64,000 bases of DNA from an uncultured cyanobacterium (GTDB lineage Bacteria > Cyanobacteriota > Cyanobacteriia > Cyanobacteriales > Nostocaceae). Shown piece after piece: positions 1 to 10,226 of this stretch (position 1 is its first letter; each line of letters starts with the position of its first letter). The notes under the pieces are model-generated. The model was not told where the DNA came from, did no database searches, and was given only the letters and a program-made list of their open reading frames with translations. The stretch is taken from NCBI GenBank assembly GCA_963740315.1, contig CAVUDP010000002.1:1280001-1344000 (forward strand), given 5' to 3'. The translations under genes and the position numbers were made by a program.

Positions 1-28
1 GGCGTTCAATTGCTAAAGCTTCCAGCAT
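1..28 (-). CDS. 5' fragment of a gene running off the window edge (MLEALAIER...), possibly the dnd-associated putative methyltransferase often found beside cyanobacterial dndE
   Basis: ATG at 28 on minus strand, open to the edge, co-oriented with dndE; only 9 codons visible, so the product is a context guess. Confidence 0.25.
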
Positions 29-270
29 CTCTACAAATCCAATTGGCAATTGGCAATTATTATCTCATAGAAGAGGGAATAGCTCACGGAGTATTGAGTA
101 TTGAGTATTGAGTATTGAGATGATATTGCGGAGGGAGCGGAGGAAGCGGAGGAAGCGGAGGAAGCAATTTATATTAAATTAATCTTTTCTCTCCCTGCCT
201 CAAGAGCCTCCTCTGTCTCCTTGTCTACCCCCTCTCCCCCTCTCCCCATCCCCCCATCCCCCCATCCCCT

Positions 271-657
271 CTACTTCTCGATCGCTAATTCAATCAAGTC
301 TTCAATTTTCTTAATCAAGGGATCTCCTGCTAAATAACCGATGCCGCGATGTAGGTGCAAGCGAAATTGGGTTGCGAGGGTTTCTTTATCGGTTCCTAAT
401 CCGTCATTATGACAGCGTTGTTTGAGTGCCATGAGCAATATATCGGACATTTCACCGCCAAATATTCGCCAGTTTAATTCGACGTTACTATCTTGGGGTA
501 TCGGTACGGGAGAAGGAATACTTTTTTCTGCGAGGGAACGACAAAACCCCCAGCGACAAAGGATATTCCATTGATCGATTTTAGTAAAGCGTCTCAGTTT
601 TAAAAGTTGATCTTTGCCTGTCTGGGATAAGCGGATGCGTTCGATTGGTGATTCCAT
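271..657 (-). CDS. dndE: DNA sulfur modification protein DndE
   Basis: 128 aa, WNILCRWGFCRSLAE and FRLHLHRGIGYL motifs; follows dndD. Confidence 0.92.
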   Translation of the reverse strand: MESPIERIRLSQTGKDQLLKLRRFTKIDQWNILCRWGFCRSLAEKSIPSPVPIPQDSNVELNWRIFGGEMSDILLMALKQRCHNDGLGTDKETLATQFRLHLHRGIGYLAGDPLIKKIEDLIELAIEK

Positions 658-860
658 GTTTTAAAAATGGGGCATTGGGCATTGGGCATTGGGCATTGGG
701 AATAGTGAATTATAGTTATACGATCAATTTTGGTGAGGTAGGGAGCAAGATGCTCCCACTACGAAAATAATTTAATCCAAAATCTAAAATCCAAAATCTA
801 AAATCCAAAATCTTATAACTCTTAGTTCTCATCTTCCCATGCCCCATGCCTAATTCCCTA

Positions 861-2846
861 TTACCAAAAATAACCCGATTCTACGGTTGTTTGACGAGTT
901 TCTTGGGAATATTTGAGGACGTATTCGCGGGCGATCGCTTCGTTTTTGCGGAGGGTTTTTACTTCTTTTTCTCCTATTTCTGTGTCGGTGGAAAGTAATA
1001 TTACTTGATGGGATGCTGAGGGAAAATATCTTTCTATTAGGTTGCTGCGGTGAGATGAGTCTAAACGTCCTAATGGGGTGTCAATGGCAACGGGTAATTG
1101 ATGCCCGGATACTCTTGCTAATGCCCAAAGGAAGGCGATCGCCAATAGTTGTTTTTCTCCTGCTGATAGGCGATGTTTGTCAACTTGTTGGGAATTTAAG
1201 TCGTATAGGGAAAGGCTGAAGGTGTTGGTGTCGATGACGATGCGGTGTACTAAGTCGGATTTGTGGAGCAGGTAGCGGAAGCATTCTGTGACTTCGGTTT
1301 CTAATTTATTGAGTTTTCTTAATGTAAGTCGTTCGCGAAATAGTTTGAGGGTTTGTTGTACTCTTGTCGATGCATTGATGATGTTTTCTTTACTTTTATG
1401 TTCGATGGTTTGGACGCTATATTCTGTTAAATCTTTTTTGAGTTTATCAATTTCTGTTTGTAGTTCTATTAAGCGACGAGTTACTGTTTCACAATTATTT
1501 TTGATATCGGTAACTTGATTTTGGGCTTCTTTGACTGATTCTACTAATTTTTGATAATCTTCTGGTACTGCTGCTGCTTGTATTTGTCTTTCTAAAGTAA
1601 TAATTTCTTCTTCTTTATTTTTTAATTGTTTTAATTGCTGTTTGCCGGTATTTTTAGTAGTTTGCAAGTAGTACAGAATATTGCCTAATTGACTCAAACT
1701 TTCTGCATCTGCCATTAACCAAGGTGATTCTTTTAAGGATGTATTTATAGTTTGTATGTCTTCGTCTAAAAAGGTTTTTATTTGAGCAGATTTATCGGCA
1801 GCTATATCTATTTTATTAACTAAATTAAGTAAACGTTTGTCTCTTTCTACTAATATATCTCTAGCTATTTGCTGCTGTTTAACGTCATATTCTACTTCAC
1901 CTCTTTCTTGAGCTTGATTTAGTAATGGTTCAATTAATGCTAATGGTAAAACACCTGCTGCTAATTCACTCATTTCCTGACGAGTGCTTTCTGCTTCTTT
2001 TGCTTTTGCTGTTTTCTGTTGTTCTAGCTGACTGCTTTCTGAAGCAATTTTTCCGCCTTCACTGACAAATTTATCGAAGGCTTCCTGTTGATTTTTTTCT
2101 GCTTGCTGTAAAAACTCTAATTCTTGCGCTTCTACATTTTTGGTTTCTTCGTATTCTTCTTGTAAATCCTTAAGCTGCTTTTCTATTCCTTCTAAATTTG
2201 CAAGTTCTTTTGTATCGGCAAGTTCTCTACGTTTACGATTAACTAATATTTCTAAATCTGCCGTCAAACGTTCTGCTAATTCTAAACCCAAAAGAGCGCG
2301 AATTGCTTCTATTACAATGGGGGGTGTAACTTCAAGTTCTGCTAATTCTTTTACCTGTTCGCCATCAAATAAAAATAAGTTAGAAATTCCCAAAGGTAAG
2401 AGATTTTCAATATATTCATCCCAAATATTTACTAATCCTTCATCCAGCCATTCATCGTTTTCGCGAATATCTAAAATACCTAAACGATCTTTACCATCTT
2501 TAGGATTCTTTTCCCAAGTTCTAACTACACGATATCTAACGGGTTTATCGTTTTCAATATGTTCAAAAGCTAACTCAATGCGAGTTTTCTCTGTAGGTGA
2601 TTTATGGGTGTTTACGCATTGATTGAGAAAGTCTTGATAACTCAAATTACCGCGAGTCGAACATTGAGCGCGATGTCCGTAAAGTGCCAGACGAATCGCA
2701 TCCATAAAAGTTGTTTTTCCCCCACCATTCATTCCACCTACAAGAATAATTGGACGAGAATTTTCATCATTATTTGGTGCTAAATTTATTACTTGACGAC
2801 CGCAATAAGGACCAAAGTTTTCTAAAACAAGTTCTAAGAATATCAT
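861..2846 (-). CDS. dndD: DNA sulfur modification protein DndD (SMC/ABC-type ATPase)
   Basis: Walker A GMNGGGKT, FLFDGE, long coiled coil, signature LSAGEKQ, Walker B IDTPLGRLD, YFPSASHQVILLSTDTE. Confidence 0.93.
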   Translation of the reverse strand: MIFLELVLENFGPYCGRQVINLAPNNDENSRPIILVGGMNGGGKTTFMDAIRLALYGHRAQCSTRGNLSYQDFLNQCVNTHKSPTEKTRIELAFEHIENDKPVRYRVVRTWEKNPKDGKDRLGILDIRENDEWLDEGLVNIWDEYIENLLPLGISNLFLFDGEQVKELAELEVTPPIVIEAIRALLGLELAERLTADLEILVNRKRRELADTKELANLEGIEKQLKDLQEEYEETKNVEAQELEFLQQAEKNQQEAFDKFVSEGGKIASESSQLEQQKTAKAKEAESTRQEMSELAAGVLPLALIEPLLNQAQERGEVEYDVKQQQIARDILVERDKRLLNLVNKIDIAADKSAQIKTFLDEDIQTINTSLKESPWLMADAESLSQLGNILYYLQTTKNTGKQQLKQLKNKEEEIITLERQIQAAAVPEDYQKLVESVKEAQNQVTDIKNNCETVTRRLIELQTEIDKLKKDLTEYSVQTIEHKSKENIINASTRVQQTLKLFRERLTLRKLNKLETEVTECFRYLLHKSDLVHRIVIDTNTFSLSLYDLNSQQVDKHRLSAGEKQLLAIAFLWALARVSGHQLPVAIDTPLGRLDSSHRSNLIERYFPSASHQVILLSTDTEIGEKEVKTLRKNEAIAREYVLKYSQETRQTTVESGYFW

Positions 2847-3054
2847 ATGAAGATGGGCATGGGGAATTGGGCATTGGGCATGGGATGAGGTAGAGGGGGG
2901 AGAGGGGGAAGAGGGGGTAGAATTTTAATTGGTTACTATTAATTAATAACTTTTAACTCCTAACTCTTTAAGTCCAAAACAAAAGCATCCGTTATCAAAA
3001 TTCAAAATATAAAATCGCATAACAGTTAACTGTTAACTGGTAACTGGTTACTGC

Positions 3055-4638
3055 TCACTGTTTTTTAAATTTTTTCTCTGCCCAAGTTTTAGATTTTTCT
3101 GTTGTTTTCTCTGCTGTAACGTCGCCTAAAGTCAACTGTTTTACTTTGTCTATATCGCCTTTACCAGCAGCATCTTTTAAGTCACGTTTGAAGTGCGCGT
3201 TTTTAATTGCGTCTTCTTGAGTTCGCGAGCTTGTTTCAAAACATTTTTCTAAGGCATCGTAAATTCCTACTCGACGCGATTTTTTGCGATATTGCCGCTC
3301 TGTATCTAACAGTTTCGCCATCAATTCTAAATGCATCGCGTCGTTGTCACATATTTCTTCTAATACTGCCCACTCGTCGCTGCCTAATAAACTGTAACCC
3401 GCACCGGGGCGGGAGTCTACAAAAGATTCGCCTGTCACTTCTTGATAAATCCGGGGTAAACTATCGTCAAATTCGTGTTTTTCTTCTAACCAAATGCGTC
3501 TGATTTCACTCAGTTCATCTGTGGTAATTAAAGTAATATCGCGCATATCTTCGGGAGCAGTTTGACGAGCTTGGGTTTGCGCTGACAATACCCTTGTTAA
3601 CCAATGTTCGCGCCAATATTTTGTATAGGGACCTGGTACTGGTTGCACTGATGTTTTACCATCTTTATTACGCTCAAAAAGCTGCACTTTTCCCCAAATT
3701 CTGCGAAAATCTCGCTTATCATGGTCGTCTTGAATATCTAGCTCGTTACGAATATCTAAAAGCGGCTGCATCCATTCTTTTTCTTCATCATTTTGAATCA
3801 TTGCCTCCATCGATTTATCTTTAGTTACCATCGTGCAAACCCAACAGCCAAACCGCGAATCGCCGCAACTGGGGGTAGAAGTATCGACAACTAAAGGACA
3901 TTCGTTATCTGCCGTCGCACCACGATACATCGAAAATAAATCTTTGTTATTACCACCCCAAGGATTTTCACATTGATTGAGGTAAATCCACACATCGTTA
4001 TTGCTCCAATCTTCGATGGGGGTGTAAATCAAAGAGTTTGGTAAGCTGGCATTTGGACTCAGGCGATCGCGTATTCTACCTGCTTGATGCTTTAGCATGG
4101 TGGCAGCCCGTCTCGAACTTTCGGCTTTGCGAGTACCTAATACTAAAATTGTTTCGCCGTTAGCTCTAACCATTTCCCGAATAAACTGGTTAGCTGGGTT
4201 GATTTTTAAACGCGGCGTACACCAGCGAAATTGATTGCGAGGAGCCGGATAACCCCTGCCGATTAAATTTACCCAAAATGTATCTTGAATTACTGGCAAC
4301 AGCAAATGAGGTTCGATGGGCATTCCTCTTTCTTTAGCCGCAGATCCCAGCAACTTCATCGAATTTTTAACCCATGTCGTAACTATGGGATTTTCTACCA
4401 GCGTATCCGTAGTAATTACGTGGATTTTTTTACCGCGTTTTTTTGGCGGTAGAGTTGCGATCGCATTCCAAATAAGTTGCAAAATCGTGCTGGAGTCTTT
4501 TCCCCAAGATACGCCAATAATCCAAGGTATTTCGTCTAATAAATATAATTCCTGAATTTCTTTGGTAATTTCTGGAATTTTATCGATTACCGTCGCGGGT
4601 GCTGGCTGGCTTTTTTCTGATTGTTGGGCAAGAGTCAT
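3055..4638 (-). CDS. dndC: DNA phosphorothioation sulfurtransferase DndC (PAPS reductase family)
   Basis: SWGKDS PP-loop, DTLVENP, GRGYPAP..FRWCT, CGDSRFGCWVCT. Confidence 0.95.
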   Translation of the reverse strand: MTLAQQSEKSQPAPATVIDKIPEITKEIQELYLLDEIPWIIGVSWGKDSSTILQLIWNAIATLPPKKRGKKIHVITTDTLVENPIVTTWVKNSMKLLGSAAKERGMPIEPHLLLPVIQDTFWVNLIGRGYPAPRNQFRWCTPRLKINPANQFIREMVRANGETILVLGTRKAESSRRAATMLKHQAGRIRDRLSPNASLPNSLIYTPIEDWSNNDVWIYLNQCENPWGGNNKDLFSMYRGATADNECPLVVDTSTPSCGDSRFGCWVCTMVTKDKSMEAMIQNDEEKEWMQPLLDIRNELDIQDDHDKRDFRRIWGKVQLFERNKDGKTSVQPVPGPYTKYWREHWLTRVLSAQTQARQTAPEDMRDITLITTDELSEIRRIWLEEKHEFDDSLPRIYQEVTGESFVDSRPGAGYSLLGSDEWAVLEEICDNDAMHLELMAKLLDTERQYRKKSRRVGIYDALEKCFETSSRTQEDAIKNAHFKRDLKDAAGKGDIDKVKQLTLGDVTAEKTTEKSKTWAEKKFKKQ

Positions 4639-4845
4639 TCTATTTTAGATTTTGGATTTTGGATTTTCGATTAATCGCGATTATTAAATTGCCAGATATT
4701 TGTATTTATAAAAATAAGAGCAAAAACTAGTATTACATATTTTTGTACCAATCGCGGTTTTTAAAAACTTATAATTGAATATTTCTTTTTTGAATCGTTT
4801 TTATATATAGTATTTGGATGTCATTATTTAATTGTTTTAAGTTTT

Positions 4846-6426
4846 GTGATGAAAAAAAGTACATCTACCTCAGCAGCGGTTATTTCCAGTCCAGATAAAA
4901 AAAAGTTTTCTGATTTATTAACTAAATATATTGGCGAAAACAAACAGTTACTAGTCCAAAAAACGGAAATGGGCGGTACTCAAGCTTACGTGGGTTCGGT
5001 TACTTTGGAGTGGTTTGCATCTCAAGTTCGCTTTGCATCTTTGTTACCATTATTGCGAAGTAAGTACAATCCCGATACTGACAATATCGAAATTGACGCA
5101 GAAAGTATAGATGATATTCAGCAACGCCCCTTAGATTGGTCGCGACAAGCACCTTTAGTTCAGTATTTAGCCGCACGTAAAAATCATAAATTTCCTCCCG
5201 TATTAGCTGTAATTAGTCAGCCTTGGGTAAATGATTCTAAATCATCTGAATGGGATAGTAAAGGAAGAGCCAAAAAATCCACTACGGAATTTACTAGTTT
5301 AGATGAAAATGGTCAATTTGGCTTGCTCGATATTAGTACGGAAAATGTAACTATTTATGCATTAGATGGTCAGCATAGATTAATGGCGGTACAGGGTTTG
5401 ATGGAAATACTCAAAACTGGTAAGTTACCGCGCTATAAGAAGGATAAAGCTAAGAATAATAATTTTATTACGATTGATAATTTAACAGAAAAATACCGAG
5501 TTGAAGCCGAATATTTAGAACAATTGCCCCAAGAAAAAATCGGTATAGAATTTATTTGTGCGGTTGCTGCTGGAGAAACCCGCGAGGAAGCAAGACGTAG
5601 AGTAAGGTCAATTTTCGTACACGTCAACTTGATGGCTGTACCCTTGAGTAAAGGACAGTTAGCACAGTTAAATGAAGACGATGGTTTTTCTATTGTTGCC
5701 AGAAAGATAGCCGTTAGCCATCCACTTTTAGAACAGCGTAAAGATCGGAAATCTCGCGTAAATTGGAATAGTGCCACGGTGGCAGCAAAGTCTACAGTTT
5801 TGACAACTTTGCAAGCTTTAAAAGAGATGTCAGAACGTTATTTAGAACACAAATATCCTCATTGGAAACCCTTAGATAAAGGTTTAATTCCCATGCGCCC
5901 AGAGGATGAAGAATTAGAAGAGGCGATCGCAGATTTTAACGAGCTATTCGATCATTTAGCAACTTTACCAAGCTATAAACTTTTAGAACACGAAGATACT
6001 CCAATGTTCCGAAGGTTTAGTTTTGAAAAAGATGAGGGAGAAGGTAATATTTTATTTCGTCCCGTCGGACAAATGGCATTAGCGAAAGCTTTAGGTATCT
6101 TAATATTTGAAAAAGGTTTCTCTATCGAAGATATTTTTGCGAAGCTGCAAAAGTTTGATAGTAAAGGTGGTTTTAGTGGAATGGAATTTCCGAAATCTCT
6201 GTGGTATGGGGTTTTGTATGACGCGAATCGCAAGCGGGTATTAGTTGCGGGGAAAGAGTTAGCAACGCGGTTAATCGTTTATATTTTGGGTGGGGTTAAA
6301 GATAAAATGGAAAAAGCGGAATTGAGGACAGAATTAGCGAAGGCGAGAACTTTTGAAGATAAAACTGTGGATTTTAAAGGTAAGTTTGTAGAGCCGAAAC
6401 AGGTGGGGTTGCCGGGGGTTTTGTGA
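4846..6426 (+). CDS. DGQHR-domain (DndB-family) protein
   Basis: QQRPLD, ALDGQHRL, SIFVHVN motifs; divergent from dndC. Confidence 0.85.
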   Translation: MMKKSTSTSAAVISSPDKKKFSDLLTKYIGENKQLLVQKTEMGGTQAYVGSVTLEWFASQVRFASLLPLLRSKYNPDTDNIEIDAESIDDIQQRPLDWSRQAPLVQYLAARKNHKFPPVLAVISQPWVNDSKSSEWDSKGRAKKSTTEFTSLDENGQFGLLDISTENVTIYALDGQHRLMAVQGLMEILKTGKLPRYKKDKAKNNNFITIDNLTEKYRVEAEYLEQLPQEKIGIEFICAVAAGETREEARRRVRSIFVHVNLMAVPLSKGQLAQLNEDDGFSIVARKIAVSHPLLEQRKDRKSRVNWNSATVAAKSTVLTTLQALKEMSERYLEHKYPHWKPLDKGLIPMRPEDEELEEAIADFNELFDHLATLPSYKLLEHEDTPMFRRFSFEKDEGEGNILFRPVGQMALAKALGILIFEKGFSIEDIFAKLQKFDSKGGFSGMEFPKSLWYGVLYDANRKRVLVAGKELATRLIVYILGGVKDKMEKAELRTELAKARTFEDKTVDFKGKFVEPKQVGLPGVL

Positions 6427-6451
6427 GGGGGGAAGATTTTGTATCAAATCC

Positions 6452-6584
6452 GGCGGTTGAAACCGCATCTACACAGGCAAAGTCCACCTGCGTGGACTAA
6501 TTTAAAAATACAATTATTTATAAAAATACGATGATTTAACCCGCGCAGGCGGGTTTTGTTTGTGTAGCAGCGGTTTTAACCGCC
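6452..6584. repeat. REP/REPIN-like composite palindromic element, copy 1
   Basis: Ends GGCGGTTGAAACCGC...GCGGTTTTAACCGCC are inverted; internal hairpins GTCCACCTGCGTGGAC and CCCGCGCAGGCGGG; similar copies at 10053 and 56306. Confidence 0.8.
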
Positions 6585-6607
6585 AGATACCTTATAAATT
6601 GTACTAC

Positions 6608-7885
6608 TCACGAATTATTTTGCATTACGATATTTTGTATTTCATCAAATTCACAATCGATATTTCCCGTAACTAATTGCGCTAGATATTCTGATTCCTG
6701 TGCCGTTAATAAACGTGAGAATGGTACGCATAAAATATGCGCCATTGAATGTTGACTTTGAATTGGTAAAAGATGATTGGGTGTATTTGGTTTTGCGTCA
6801 ATGGCAAATAAACTGCGGTTTCCCCTCGCACTATCAAAACCCTCCGCACGCAGTATTTTCGCCATAGCATCGGGGGAATCTATTAAAATTGGCATTACCC
6901 AAAAGGAATTATATTCAGCTTTGTTACCGGGGATAGTAAGATTATTTGGTAACATTTGTAAAAAATATTTGGCTCGCACAATACGCTCTTGAAAATTATC
7001 GCAATGACTCAATCTATAGTTTAAGAACCACAGTAGACGTTTTGGATTACGATAGCGAATTTTTGTGAGTATATCACCTGTAGGAAAACCAAGGGTTGCT
7101 TTTTTGATAGTTGATTCGACATCCAAATTTGACAACCGCATTAAATTAAGAATTTGATAATACAAGCTCGGCAGCGAAAGAAGTTTTAACCAATAGAACT
7201 TAAATACCCTTTTTAAATACCAAAACTCGCTTTTTTGGGGATATTTTTGCTCAATCAGTGCCATTTTTTGAGCTAATTGTTTATCTTTGATTAATGCTAC
7301 TGCTCCACCCAAAGCAGTACAAGATTTAATCGCACCAAAGCTAAATAGACTAACATCAGCTTGAGGATAACCAAAATATTGTTTTCCTGCAAAAGCTTGA
7401 GCGCAGTCTTCTACTAATAAAATATGATGTTTTTTACAGAAATCAATGTAAGGCTGTAAAAGAATAATTACGCCAAATAAATGCGCGATTAATAATACTT
7501 TGCTTTGAGAAGAAACTAGTTGCTCTAATAGTTCTAAATTAGGCGCAATAGTATCAATAGAAATATCAATAGGAACCGGGATTAAACCATGACTGCGGAT
7601 AATTTCCGCCATTTCTCGGATATTAACGGCGCTCATTAATACTTCCGATTCAGGAGGTAAATTTAAAGATTGTAACAATAAATCTAAACTGGTTCTTACA
7701 GATAACGTTACTAAAACTTCTTTATCAGTGCTAAAAAAAGATTTAATGCCATTTAAAGATAGTTGGCGATCGCTCGAACGAAAAAAAGCGCCGAAGCAAG
7801 CGTGTAAGTCGGGAAAGCTAACATCTAATTGGATAGTAGGGTGCGATCGGTATTTTGGAAGAGTTAATTTATTTGATGAATTCAT
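6608..7885 (-). CDS. DegT/DnrJ/EryC1/StrS-family PLP-dependent aminotransferase
   Basis: AHLFG, VEDCAQAF and FSFGAIK (PLP lysine) motifs. Confidence 0.8.
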   Translation of the reverse strand: MNSSNKLTLPKYRSHPTIQLDVSFPDLHACFGAFFRSSDRQLSLNGIKSFFSTDKEVLVTLSVRTSLDLLLQSLNLPPESEVLMSAVNIREMAEIIRSHGLIPVPIDISIDTIAPNLELLEQLVSSQSKVLLIAHLFGVIILLQPYIDFCKKHHILLVEDCAQAFAGKQYFGYPQADVSLFSFGAIKSCTALGGAVALIKDKQLAQKMALIEQKYPQKSEFWYLKRVFKFYWLKLLSLPSLYYQILNLMRLSNLDVESTIKKATLGFPTGDILTKIRYRNPKRLLWFLNYRLSHCDNFQERIVRAKYFLQMLPNNLTIPGNKAEYNSFWVMPILIDSPDAMAKILRAEGFDSARGNRSLFAIDAKPNTPNHLLPIQSQHSMAHILCVPFSRLLTAQESEYLAQLVTGNIDCEFDEIQNIVMQNNS

Positions 7886-8032
7886 TAGGTTTTACCCGTT
7901 TTTATAATTAATTTATCTCTAATTATTAAGTTTTTTGTACAAGTATTCTGCAAATAGAAGTTTATGGATGTGGCTTTTACTGATTTTTAATTATAACTCT
8001 GTAGCATATTATATAGATTAATTACTATCAGG

Positions 8033-10042
8033 GTGATAAAAATGCCTATATTCTCAAATGATGAAGGGAAAGCAAGTTTTAATAAACCTCTTTATGGCTT
8101 AACTGGAACTTATACTTTATCCGAAGGTATTGCGCTTCCTTATTTTCTTTCTTTGATTGAAATTAATCGAGCAATTGATGAACTTAAGATTGCCGAACAA
8201 ATTCCCGCCTCTATCGATACAAAATGGTCGTTGAAAGAACTTTTTCAAAGAGAAATTGATGAGAAGAGAGTAGAAGACGATATTGTTAAAGGTTATCTTC
8301 TCAATCCGAAAAAATTAAAATTTTTCAATGCTATTACTATAGTACTAATGCCCAAGGGGGTTGATGAAAAAATTCAAGATACGTTTGATAATGTAGATAC
8401 AAATGCTCCCCCTATTCCTTACGATGGAAGCGATACTGATGACGCACAATGGAACCAACCCCAAGCTAAAATTGCTAACTTTGGTGGTGTTCAATTCGTT
8501 TCTGTTGGAACACAAGCGCGGCTTCGTTGGGATAAGGAGCGGATTTTACCAGTAGCTGTAGATGGACAACATCGTCTTTGGGCGCTTCGTACTTTTCGTG
8601 AAGATCCAAAATTTAGAGGTGGTACTCTTCATACCACAGAAAAACAAACTAAGATTCCAATTTTATTTGTTTTACTTCATCCTGATGCAGGGTTTCAAAA
8701 TATTCAAAGTGAAGCCGATTATTCCATTCGAGGAATTGCTCGTGAATTATTTACTGACTTGAATAAAAATGCTAAGACAGTTGATAAAGCTAGAGAGCTA
8801 ATTCTTGACGATCAAAGTATTAACGCACAGTGCGTCAGAACGCTGATTACAGAGAAAACAGGTGAAGATGCGGACGATAGACTTCCTCTTTCCTTAGTAC
8901 GTTGGCAAGATGATTCTGTCAAATTTGATAGTTCCTACTATCTGAATTCACTTGTAAATTTGGATCTTTTGGTTTCTGCAACTTTGGATTTGAAACCACC
9001 ACGCGATCCTATGGAAAAGAAGCAAATTGAAGGGTTTATAAAAAGTATTGACGATGCACTCGGCATAAACGGACAACCAGTTGAGTATGAAGGACGCTCT
9101 CTCTTCACTTATTATCAAGAAGATTACTGCGATGAAGATGAAGAGCCAGAAACACCTTTTTCTCGATTACCACAGAATTATCTGAGTTCAGCAATAAAGG
9201 GCTTTGAAGTTAACTTTCGTCCTTGGTTAATTAAGCTTTTACTGGATTTCAAACCTTACAATAACTTGCTTGAATATGCCCGCGATAATGATTTGATTGA
9301 AGGTACTTTTGGCAAATTCCAAGCTCAGACAAGTAAACACAAAGGAACGATTAAAGAGCAGGAAAATGCAAGAGATAGTGATTGGCACCAAACAAAAATA
9401 ATTAGCCATAGCAAAGCTATTAATGCTTTGAAAGAAAACCAGTGGGCTTTCAAAGTTATATTTCAAAAAGCTATAGTTCGTTTAGGAAAACTTATAGAGT
9501 TTAAAAATACAAGAACAGATGAAAGTTTAGGCAATATAAATAATGTTATAGATTTTCTAAATCGGCTTTACGATCGAGGTATTTTGAAGGTAGATGTTAA
9601 TTTAGCAAATTACCCATATCGTTTGTGGACATTTGTAGCGATAAATCCTGGTAATGACAAAATTAAGGTTGCGAAAACAGTAGAAGATAGAATATTTTAC
9701 TTACTATGCTTATGGTATTTTGGTTCTCGTAAAGTCCAAATAGACGCTGCAAATGGTTATCCGATGTTATCCAGACGAAAGCTATTAAATTTTTTCAGAG
9801 CAGATGTAAATAAAGTCCAGTGGTCAAATTGTACGGATGCTTACAAAGCATTGTATAAAGGTTTTGACACTAATACATTTTATGGCAAAGACTATGAAAA
9901 AATGGGCGAGCAAAAAAAAGAGGATATGGTGCGTGACAGATTTTCTGCTGTATTAGTAGCTGGTTTGCCCGAAATTTATACTGAATTATTGACTAAACAA
10001 GTATCTGTTGAAGATGAAATAGATACTGAAGATACCGAATAA
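8033..10042 (+). CDS. second, divergent DGQHR-domain (DndB-family) protein
   Basis: LFQREID, FFNAITIV, AVDGQHRL, ELFTDLNKNAK; long uncharacterised C-terminal region. Confidence 0.8.
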   Translation: MIKMPIFSNDEGKASFNKPLYGLTGTYTLSEGIALPYFLSLIEINRAIDELKIAEQIPASIDTKWSLKELFQREIDEKRVEDDIVKGYLLNPKKLKFFNAITIVLMPKGVDEKIQDTFDNVDTNAPPIPYDGSDTDDAQWNQPQAKIANFGGVQFVSVGTQARLRWDKERILPVAVDGQHRLWALRTFREDPKFRGGTLHTTEKQTKIPILFVLLHPDAGFQNIQSEADYSIRGIARELFTDLNKNAKTVDKARELILDDQSINAQCVRTLITEKTGEDADDRLPLSLVRWQDDSVKFDSSYYLNSLVNLDLLVSATLDLKPPRDPMEKKQIEGFIKSIDDALGINGQPVEYEGRSLFTYYQEDYCDEDEEPETPFSRLPQNYLSSAIKGFEVNFRPWLIKLLLDFKPYNNLLEYARDNDLIEGTFGKFQAQTSKHKGTIKEQENARDSDWHQTKIISHSKAINALKENQWAFKVIFQKAIVRLGKLIEFKNTRTDESLGNINNVIDFLNRLYDRGILKVDVNLANYPYRLWTFVAINPGNDKIKVAKTVEDRIFYLLCLWYFGSRKVQIDAANGYPMLSRRKLLNFFRADVNKVQWSNCTDAYKALYKGFDTNTFYGKDYEKMGEQKKEDMVRDRFSAVLVAGLPEIYTELLTKQVSVEDEIDTEDTE

Positions 10043-10052
10043 ATTTTTATTT

Positions 10053-10203
10053 GGCGGTTGAAACCGCTGCTACACGGGGAAAGTCCACCTGCGTGGACTA
10101 ATATATTTTATGAATAAAATTAAAATATACGCTGGATTAACCCGCGTTCAGCGGAGCTGCGGCTCAGGCGGGTTTTGCCTGTGTAGAAGCGGTTTCAACC
10201 GCC
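10053..10203. repeat. REP/REPIN-like composite palindromic element, copy 2
   Basis: Same termini and hairpins as 6452-6584, same orientation, with an 18-nt insert TTCAGCGGAGCTGCGGCT in the second hairpin. Confidence 0.8.
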
Positions 10204-10226
10204 GGGAATTTTCCGAAAACCTATCA

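Noticed and set aside
1013..4555. Antisense ORFs within dndD and dndC, and similar ones across the window
   Set aside because: Shadow frames of well-supported genes on the opposite strand
6608..7885. PLP enzyme as the missing DndA cysteine desulfurase
   Set aside because: Motifs are DegT-type (EDCAQ, FSFGxxK) and there is no SSGSAC-like catalytic Cys loop; DndA is probably elsewhere or replaced by IscS
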